From Lama guanicoe (lineage: Eukaryota), in the NCBI GenBank assembly GCA_013239625.1, contig MU054575.1, forward strand, positions 185,687 through 249,686: DNA of 64,000 bases, given 5' to 3'. A model generated the notes under the pieces. That model worked only from the letters and a program-made list of their open reading frames with translations. It did not search any database and was not told the origin of the DNA. Position numbers and translations under genes: made by a program. This document shows, one piece after another, positions 55,069 through 64,000 of the stretch (within the stretch, counting starts at the first letter, position 1; every line of letters begins with the position of its first letter).

Positions 55069-58000
55069 GGAGTCAGTCTTCCAAGAGGCCTGGGCTAGGC
55101 CTTCCCCTTTCCTCGTGTTTCCGGGGGTGACCACACTGGAAAGCGTGGGTGACGATCTCCCACAACCCACTGCCCCAAGCCCCACCTGGGTGCCCCATCC
55201 CTCCTGGGTGCTGGGCCTGGCACGTCACGTGGGTCCGCATCTGGGGGCTCTGGGCCCTCCCTCCCCAACCACCCCTTACTGCCAGTTTTCCCAGCTGGAT
55301 GTTTGCGCAGCTTCCCCGGCCGGTACTGAGCCCCGACCCCAGCCCGCAGGCCTTAGAAGCTCTGTCTGGGACAAGGACGGTCCACCCAGAGGCTTCTGGG
55401 GCCTTACCCCTCACCTGTGGTCCAGGGTGGTGGAGCTGGTCCTGGACACATGATGGCCTGGCTTGGGCTCAGCAGCCTCTTCTGAAAGACGCCCGGGGAA
55501 CCTCCGGGCGGATTCTCCACCAGGAGAACATGCCCCTCAGTGCAGACTCTCACCTGGGGAAGGGACAGTATCAGAGCCGGGGCTGGCATCAGTGGGCTTG
55601 GCTGAGCGTCGAGCACAGGTGCGTCCCTCCTCCCTGCCTGACGCCGCTCACAGGGACGCCCCAGGGCGCCTCACGGCTCGGCTCCGAGCTCTCGCTATCC
55701 CTTTGGACCCTCCTTCCTAAAGGCGGCCTTTGGGCTCAGCAGACGCGGGCCTCCCCGGCCTGTTCTAGAAGGCCCGCTGGACTCGGCGCTGCCGGGCAGC
55801 AGGCGCTTCTGGTGGCGTGGAGCGGGCCCCCGGGGGGCTGCTGGGCGCTCTGACGGCTGAGCGGGCTCGTCAGCCAGGCTCCCCCAGGGCTCTCTGACTC
55901 CCAAGAGAGATCCAGAACCTTCCTCTGCGTCGGGCCTAGTGATGCCTGGCAGACCCTCTGAGCCAGCCCCTGCGTGGCCGGGCTGGTGAGGCTTGGAGCA
56001 GGATGAAAGCAGGACAGGCCACCCCTGTGCTCGGACTCCCTGAGGGGCCAGGGGCTAGCAGCAGCCAGACCCACCTCCTCCCTAGTGCTCTCAAGGGGGA
56101 CAGCAGGGGACAACTGGAGCAGGAGATGGAAACAGACCCACCGCCTCCTCCTTGTGCATCAGACCGCTGAGGTCTGGGGTCCCAGAGGGACCACTCCTGT
56201 CCCACGTTCAGGGGTTCTGCCTGCGCCCTGTGCACGCAGAGGGTCTGCGGTGAGGTTTTCGTGCTCGCCTGTGTGCATGGCGGGGTCCAGCTGGAGGCTG
56301 TGCCCCCTGCCACACGCGTGGCCCCAGGGGATGCAGCCAGCTGGAGTCTCGGGTTTGGGTTCAGAGCAAATATTGTCCTGAACCAGTTCTGAGACGTGCG
56401 GACGTGCTGTGGTGTGTCGTCCGCGTGTGTTTGTGTGTTTGTATGTTTTCTTTGGGAGGTGCTGCGTTGACTGTGGCTGCCGGCCAGCCCTCACAGAGGG
56501 CCAAGGGTGGCTGGCGGCATCGCGGGCCCCCACACCCGCATCTCACATCTGGCTCGGGTTTTCGTCCACGTGGCCTATCGGCTGGGGCCGCCCTCTAACC
56601 AGGAGCCCTGTCCTAGCGGGTCCCGATGGGGACCCTGGTCCTGAGAACCCCGGGACTGATCACCACTGCCACCCCAGTGCCATCTGGGGGCTTTGATAGG
56701 GTGCTGGGCCCCTGGTGCCCACAACCAGGCCACTGGTCCACCGTGGGGCCTTGTTCTGTGGCTCGGTGTCCTCCACGTCCTTGGCCGGTGCGTGGGGCAG
56801 TCACCTACATGCTCCCCGAGGAAAAGCCCTGGCAAAGGGGTGACCTGGAGTGGGCAGAGGGGCCTGCCTTGTTCCACTAACAGGGCCAAGCCAGTCCCCA
56901 CCACCAACTCCAGAGCACCAGAGGGCGGAGGCAGGAGAGAGGCCAGGATGTTCTGGGAGGGGTCAACACTAGGACCATGTGACAGGGACTCTGGCCACTC
57001 CCTGAAGCGCAGCCAGCCAGTAGGGGGTTCCGGGGGTCCCGAGACAAGGTGATGCAGCTGACTTGTCTGGGTGTCAGACCCATGACAGGAGAGGACAGGC
57101 TGGGGACCATGGGCAGCAGGTTTCAGCTCCACAGACAAGAGGACCAGCCAAGAGCTATGGCTCCTCAGCGCAGGAAAGTGCTGAAGGTGAAGTGCTGAGC
57201 TCCCCGTGGCTGGGAGTGATCGAGCGGAGACCAGCAGGAGTGCTGCAGGGATGCCCTCGGGCACACTGGGGACCAGGACAAACAGCATCTGGGGTGCTGG
57301 GCCAGGAGCGTCTCGGCCCTGAGTCCTGGGGCCTGGTGGCTGCCTGCAGGTAGCTGGGACCCCGAAATCCAGTCGCACGCAGGCAAGCCGTTCTGTGTAC
57401 CTTCACTCAGCCCCACCCCACGCTCAGCCCTCAGAAGTGCTGCCTGAGCGCCGGCGCTGCTCAGGATGGTGTTTGTTGACTGATCGTCCAGCGTTGCTCA
57501 GCTCCATGGCGTGTGCGGCCCTGGGGCCCGGAGCTGTGAGGCCCCAGCCTCGGGCCCCCCATTTCACCTTCTGGGTGTGAGGAGGGCATCACGCTCCACT
57601 GTCACTGGGTTCAAGTTCTTCCCCAAAGCAGAAGCCCTCAGAAGTTCCAGGTTTTCTCCCTAAACACCCCTTGGGAAGGTGTCGATGTGCCTGTCATTAA
57701 CCTGTTCGTTCGGGAGACCCCCGGCTGCCAGCGGGGTGTGGTGGGTGGGCCCAGCCCTGGGCTCCGGGAGAGCGGTGCCAGCCCTGGGAGCTCAGCCCCT
57801 TCTCTCCCTCCACGCCCATCTGCACCCTCTTCTTACCCTCTTCCCCTGCAGCCCCCGCCCCCTGGGCCCAGGGCTGCATGCCTTCAAGCTCCCCTGCCGC
57901 CAGACCACCGCGCCTTGGCCTTGACCTCCGGCCCCAGGGTCCAGGAGGTGGAGCTGGGAGGGCAGAGGCCAGGAGAGGGCCTGATGTACTGGACACCGCA

Positions 58001-58280
58001 GGGAGAGAGGCAGGGGTCTTCCCTGACTGCCCCAGCCCTGCAGCTCGCTCTGCCCTCCCAGGCCAGACCCCATCTGTGGGCTCAGTGCTGGAGGAGAGAA
58101 TGTTGCAGGGAGGGGGAAGTTTGGGGAGGGTAGGACAGAAGCGAGGTGCCCCGGCCCCTAAATGGCCCCAGGGAAGCCGGGAGGAAGGGCTGGGCTGGCA
58201 GCCCCGGCTGAGGGACCCTTATGCTGCCCACTCACCCAGCCGGCTCTGGAAAGATACTTGACTAGAGGCTGTCCTTCCAG

Positions 58281-58440
58281 TTTTTTATGGAAAATTTCAA
58301 ACACTAACAGAGGCCAGAATAATGAACCTCTGAACCCATCACCCAGCGGCAGCAACGGACACTTCGCTGCCTCCCCACCAGGTGTGGACAGGACCACATC
58401 TTTGCCTCTCCCAGTTCCTGCGTAATTTGAAGCAAATCAA
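58281..58440 (-). mobile_element. Ancient L1 (L1ME-like) 3' end fragment
   Basis: ttttttatggaaaatttcaaaca...aataatgaacc...acccatcacccagc. Confidence 0.5.
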
Positions 58441-59959
58441 GTGCACTTTTTTTTTTTGGAAGGAATAAAAGAATATAAGAAGCTCTGGATGACGGTCCGA
58501 ACAACATGGAAACGCAAAGTCAGGGGCTCCCCGTCACACCCCCAAAGTGAGAGCTTCCCCTTAGCCTCCGTAGCTCGTGCCAGCACCTTGACGTCTGCCT
58601 TTTCCTCCTTTGAGCAGAACGTGGAGCCGTCGAGTTCGTGCTTTCCTGCAACCTGCTCTTTCCGTTGGGAGCCCGTCGGGTGCCTCTCGGGGGGCGGGGG
58701 GCAGGCAGCAGGGGTGGACAGGCATCGTGTGCCTGGTCCCGCTGCAGCCCCCACCTCCTCGCCAGCCAGCTCCCGGCTCTCGAACCCCTGCCCACTGGTC
58801 CTGCTCTGTCCTTCCTGGGCGCTGGACGGCCAGAGTGGGCTGCCAGGCCCCAGGCGAGGTGTGTTTTAACATTATTAGGTACGACCAATTTCTTTCCCGA
58901 GAGCCGTTTTCAGAGCAGCCAAAATCATTAACAGGGGCAGGAGGCAATGCGGGCATGAGGTCCGGTGGGCAGTGCTACGGGGGTGGCACTAGCACATCAC
59001 AGGTGACACACTGCCACCCCCCATGCCGCCTCCTACTCAGTGTCACCCAGGGTCCCACATGGTCACCTTCCTAGCAGCACTCTGCTGCAGCCATACTGAC
59101 CAGGACCAGGGAGGAAGGGACCCTGCTGGGCTCCCAGGAGGGGCCCTCCTGGGGTCCACCCCATCCCTGCCCACTGGAGAGGGCATTCCTGGTGGGACCA
59201 CTCAGCCTTTGCACCCGGGTGCTTTCCGGGCTGACGCTGGAGAAAGGGGCCAGCACATCTGGAAGTCTCATGCGAGAGGCTGAGAGGTTTGAAGCCCAGA
59301 CCCACGGGAGTAAAAGCCTGCGGGGGGGGGGGCGTGCACACGGGGAACAGGACCAGTGAACAGACACAGAATGAACAGAAATGAAACGGAGAGCCCACCC
59401 AAGGCGGCCCAGCTCTGTGGACAGAGAGTGTGGCTAGGCTGACCCTCTGTAGCTCGAATCCAAAGGGGGGAAACTAATGTCTGACTCACCCTGGGGGCTC
59501 TGAAAAGCTTGGGAAGGGTCTGGAGCAGCGTCAGGACCACCCGGAGTGGACTGTGGGTGGCAGGTGGGGTGGAGAGGCCGGGAGACCCAAGCATGGTCAG
59601 ACTGGCCACAGTGGGGCCAGGAGGGACAGGGGAGCCCCTGTGGGTCGGGCTGGTGCTCAGAGCCAGGCCAGCAGGAATTTCCGGGGGTACCCAAGGGCAG
59701 CTGACCGGGTCTCAGCACAGCAACCAGGGGTGCCGATTTGGGGGTGCTGGCCCAGAGCTATCGGCCGCAGCCGTGAGTCTGGCTCAGAGGGTGTTGGCGG
59801 GTAGAGAGGACAGCTTGGAACAGGCTGAGAATTTGAGCATGAGGATGGGGGACAGGCGTGGTCACCGTCCCATGCCAAGGAAGGGACAGGCGGGCTTGTG
59901 ACGAGCAGGGCCGCAGGACATGGCCCCCGGAGGTCGGCAGTGACCTTCTGGGTGGGGGT

Positions 59960-60335
59960 TACATCCAGAGGCTGTGGTCATCAAATCCAGAGGCAGGAAG
60001 GAGGACGGTGGGGGCTGGGGAGGGGGAGGGGAGCACCTGTTTCAAGGGGACAGAGTGTCAGTTAGGGAGGACGAGTAATTTCTGGAGCTGGACGGCGGTG
60101 ACAGCTCCTCAGCATGGTGAGCGTCCTGGGGCAGGGGCTGAGCTCAGTGGCAGAGTGCATACTGGGCACGCACACGGTCCTGGGCTCAGTCCCCCGTGCT
60201 CCATTAAGGAAGTAAAGATAAAAATAAAAAAATAAAAAGACTTAAAAAAAAACATTACGCCTGAACTCAAGGCCCCTTAGAAATGGCTAACACAGCAAAC
60301 TTCCTGCCAGGCGTGCTTTACCACCATCAAAAGAA
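59960..60335 (+). mobile_element. L1MB-like 3' end hosting a SINE insertion
   Basis: gggacagagtgtcagtt.ggga.ga.ga...ttctggagctgga.gg.ggtga ... cttagaaatggctaa...aaacttc...ctttaccac. Confidence 0.65.
60128..60252 (+). mobile_element. tRNA-derived SINE, Vic-1-like (camelid)
   Basis: gggg...agctcagtggcagagtgcat...ggtcctgggctcagtcccc.gtgctccatt plus an A-rich tail; degenerate Pol III A/B boxes. Confidence 0.75.
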
Positions 60336-60602
60336 GATGACATCTACTTGGTTTTAATCTACTTTAAGATTTTTCACATGGAGACCCGGTTGCGATCAAG
60401 ATACTCCCTTTGGCACAGTCAGAAAGGCTCATGGCCGTTTAAGCCGACAGGAGAGCTCTTGATCCTGCGTGACCCGTGGGGAAGCCCTCTCGTCTCCTGG
60501 ACTCTGCTGTGTTGTGTTTAAACGTGGTGATAATGCCACCAAGGCTGCCCCGAGCAGGTGCCTCTTGGAGATTCAGCTTGGCTGCAGTCGCCTGCACCAG
60601 AC

Positions 60603-60794
60603 CAGGGTCCGTGGGTGGCAGCTGGGGGCCGATGAGACCACCGTTCGTTTCTGCAGACGTGCTTTTACGTCACGCGTCCCCTCATTCAGGATGAGTGGCT
60701 TCTGGCTGCAACAGAGACCCTGAGACCCTGGGGCCAGCAAAGCCTAAATTATTTGCCCTCTGACCTTTTACAGAAAAAGTTTGCCAACACCTGA
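60603..60794 (+). mobile_element. MER58-like hAT DNA-transposon relic
   Basis: gcaacagagacc...gcaaagcctaaattattt...ctctgaccttttacagaaaaagtttgccaacacctg. Confidence 0.75.
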
Positions 60795-61266
60795 TTTGCA
60801 CTGATCAAATACGTAGCATACTCTATTGCCAAATACCCACGTGGAGATTTATCATTCCTCCTCTGGTTCACAGCTAAAAGGATCTGTAATAAAGCAAGAT
60901 TCAAGCAGTAAGAAATCCAAATGCTTCATCTGCAAAACAGTGGCCCCAGCATTTGGGCCTGAGCAGCAAAATCGTGGTGATCTTCCGGAGGGAGGCTGTC
61001 GGGAGGAATGGCCTTCGCGGAGGGAAAGAGGGGGCCTGGCTCACAGTGGCTCATGTCCGTGATGCTTCTGGATCCCTCAGAGGGCTGAGAAGACAAGCAG
61101 GGGGCCGGGGAGGCAAGCCCAGGAGCCAGGGGCGGGGGCGGGGGTGGCGGAGGCAGGAAGGTAAGTGTGGGGGTCACGCCCTCCACGGACGGGATTGCCC
61201 AGAGACAGAAGGGGGAGGGTTAGAGGTGGCCGGGTCCCAAGACAGTGACTGGGCAGAAAACATTCT

Positions 61267-61435
61267 CTGGTGGCCCTAAATGCCATCACACGTGTCCTTG
61301 TAAGAGAGAGGCAGAGAGAGGTCTGCCTTCAGGAGAGACCCCATGAGGACAGACGCAGAGACGGGGCTGACGCGGCCACAAGCTCCCGAAGCTGGACGAG
61401 GCGGGAAGGCCCCTCCCCTAGAGCCTTGGGAGAGC
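61267..61435 (+). mobile_element. MLT1 LTR fragment
   Basis: ggccctaaatgccatcacacgtgtccttgtaagagagaggcagag...gaagctgga.gaggc.ggaagg...ctcccctagagcc. Confidence 0.75.
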
Positions 61436-63264
61436 TCACCACCTCACCCTGCTGTCTGGGGACAGGGGCAGCATCCCAGAACCCTCCCCAGATGGGGCGC
61501 GCATACCTTCCCCCGCTGGGGGTCTGGGCCCGGCCCCGGGAGCAGCCTTATTGGCCTGGCGAGCACCAGCAAGCTGCAGCCTGCTCATCCCAGGCCCTGG
61601 GCCGGGCAGGGCTGGACACACCAGGGCCAGAGGACTGTGGGGCCACGCGCTGGGGCCCCCGGCCTCCCGCCCCTGCAGGACAGCCGCATCCCAGCACCCC
61701 CAGAGCCCCGACCTGGACGTCGGCCGCCCACATCCCAGCCACACCCTAGGCGGGGCGCCCGAGGAGCAGATGGAGGACAGGAGGCTGAGGGGACAGAGGG
61801 CAGCTACAGTTTGCCGACGGAGCTGACAAGCCAGGGCCCAACTGGGCAGCAGGCCCTGGGCGTCCAGGCTGGAAGGGGGGCCGGGACTGCATGCCCGCCG
61901 CGGTGAGGGCAGGAGAGGTGGCCGGGGCTGCTGACGCTCCGCGCTCCGTGCTGGCCGGCCCCGCCCACCTCGCGGTCGCCGTCTGGATTCTGCGTGCCTG
62001 TGGGGCCAGGTGCCCTGCGAGGCCCATTTTCTCAGCTGTCAGGCCAGATGCCCACACCTGGGACTCACATCCAAGCAGACGTTCTGGCTACCGGGCTCCA
62101 CGGGATGCTGCCACCTGGGCGGGTGAGTGAGTGCTCGCGATGCCTGGAACTGGAGCCCCATCTGGCTCGTGGGTCAGTGAGAAGGCCCGCTGGGAGCAAT
62201 GCAGCTAAGGGAGGAAAGCTGGGGCTGTGAGCACGAAGCAGCCACGCTCAGCGCCCACGCCCCAGCCTGGCCCCCTGGCTTTGCCGACAGCCTCGAGGTC
62301 CCAGCCAAGCCAGGGGCCCCTGTCGCAAGGATGCTCGGGCCTCTGGGTCTTGGTCCCAGCCGGGTGGCGCCAGGCACCTTGTGGGCATACAGTCCACAGC
62401 TGCCTGTGACACAGTGGGCTCCAGTCCTCAGAAAAGCTGGGGTGTGGCATGCACGTGGGTCCGCTGGGCAGGTCCCCTAGATGTGGCCTGCGGCCCGGCC
62501 CTCTCCTGGCCCCCGGCCCCTCTCGGCTCACCCAGGAGCCACCAGACCTGCCCGGGGATTAACTTGGCTTTGCGCATCATTCCCAAAAGGCCCCCAGGCG
62601 CAGCACCCCCACTCAGCCTCAGAAAGCCACCACTGTCCTCCCTGGGCCAGCTGCCCCCCACCCCCCTGTGGGCTCGCCCGTCTGGCGGTGTGGCCTCCAG
62701 CATCTGGACTGATGACCAGCTTCCCCCACGGTCCCCACACCTGCTGACACAGACACACGTGAATGCCGGGGGCCTGGATTTCTGGGCCCAAAGGGGCAGT
62801 CAGGGCCCTTGTGGTTTTGAGGACCCACAGGCCTCTGGAGCTGTGCTCCAAGCGGATGCTTCTCTGTCGGGTCCCCACCAGGACTGCAGGCCGGCGGCTG
62901 CTTCCTGCTGCCACTGGATGTGGGGGCCAGGCAGGCCTGCCAGGAGCAGCCAGAGCCTTCCAGAAGTTTCACCATAACTCGCCCCTCCTCCGACCCTGCT
63001 CCTCATCTTCCCACACTAGGAAGGTCCCCCCAGGCCATCTCCCCCCAGGGCCCAGAGCTGCGGCCTGCGCCCTGCAGCCTGACCCTCCTTGTCTGACCTC
63101 CTCCTTAGCTCTCCCTGCCTCCGGCCCCTGAAGAGCTCAGACAAGGTGAGCAGAGAGAGAATTTGGAGTGGACAGGCCTCAGATGCACACACTCGACCGC
63201 CCCAGGCTCCTGTGGGCCTTGCCTGTAGACAGAAATGGATATTTGGGGTCCTCTTTTGAGGAAA

Positions 63265-63415
63265 AAAACTGTAATCATGCGGGGCAATGAATGTGAACTA
63301 AACTTATTGTGGTGACCATTTTGCAATAGGTACACATATCAGATCATTATGACGTAAGCCTGAAAACGAACACAACGTTCTGTGTCAGTTGTATCTCAAC
63401 TAAAAACAATTAAAA
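63265..63415 (+). mobile_element. L1 3' terminal fragment
   Basis: aacttattgtggtgaccattttgcaata..tacacatatcagatcattatg...cctgaaaac...gtcagttgtatctcaa. Confidence 0.75.
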
Positions 63416-64000
63416 GTGGGCGCCCTGTGCCTGCGTTGGGCCAGGGCTGGGGAACCGGGGAGCAACCACCAGGCTGTGATCGCTAGGACCGGCCACACCA
63501 GAACTGGGGCATGCTGGCCCCAACCCCAAACTGCAGCGCAGCTCTGTGTGGTGTGGCCCCACCAGGAAAGCAGAGCCTGCCTGCTGTCAGCTCTGGAGCC
63601 CTCTGCCTGGCAGGCCCCTGGGGCAGGCAGCGACCCCACAACCCCACCCCTGAGGCCTGGCCACCCCAGAGCCGGGCGGTGACTCCAGGCAGCCACGGCA
63701 CCATCTCAGCCTTCCAGGGTCCTGGGGGGCATCTAGGCTGGATGAGGCAGGGGCTGGGGGCCAGCGGTCCTGCCTGCGGGGGCGCCCTTGGGGTGGGGCT
63801 CCAACAGCGTGGAAGAGAGGAGGCTCCACGTCTCAGCAGACGCCACCTGCCCCCCCGCCCCCACTGGTGAGCCCCAGCAACCAGGAAGGGGCAGAGGCCA
63901 GAGCTGCGGGGGCTGAGGGTGTCAGGGCTGTGGCCCAGGGCGCTCCAGGCCCTGGCCTGCGCGCCTCAGTTCGCAGAGCCCCCACCAGCATGGCTGCTCC

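Noticed and set aside
60128-60205. Possible tRNA gene
   Set aside because: Degenerate A/B boxes, an A-rich tail and insertion within an L1 identify it as a SINE.
1-64000. Hundreds of ORFs, including long ones (19416-20678, 26417-27502, 44859-45803, 48483-49400)
   Set aside because: They are Pro/Gly/Arg/Ala-rich translations expected from GC-rich DNA, overlap on all frames and show no recognisable domains. The H19-IGF2 interval is non-coding in other mammals.
9300-64000. 91H antisense or other intergenic lncRNAs, and IGF2 exons
   Set aside because: Transcripts cannot be supported from sequence alone, and no IGF2 coding sequence is recognisable in the window.

Overview
GC-rich mammalian genomic DNA, probably camelid: a Vic-1-like tRNA-derived SINE lies at 60128-60252 and there are artiodactyl-type L1 3' tails. 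The window is the imprinted H19/IGF2 locus. It starts inside H19 exon 1 on the minus strand, which includes the miR-675 hairpin at 105-173. It then crosses the H19 promoter and the H19/IGF2 imprinting control region (ICR1, about 2.4-9.3 kb) and continues for about 55 kb of non-coding DNA towards IGF2, which is not reached. No credible protein-coding gene is present; the many ORFs are GC-rich background. The most notable structure is the ICR. As assembled it has at least 8 same-orientation CTCF/ZFP57 sites, 3 dyad-octamer modules, 4 dense ZFP57 clusters, a near-identical 2248-bp duplication of promoter plus proximal ICR, and further 948-bp and 2078-bp offset copies around a 472-N gap. The only H19 core promoter sits 2.2 kb from exon 1, inside the duplication. 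Some or all of this expansion may be false duplication from assembly. Other points of interest are a seed substitution in miR-675-3p, several AT-rich motif-dense enhancer candidates (possible HUC/CCD orthologues) and small local duplications. Homology and repeat-family calls rest on my recollection of human, mouse and repeat consensus sequences, not on a database search.
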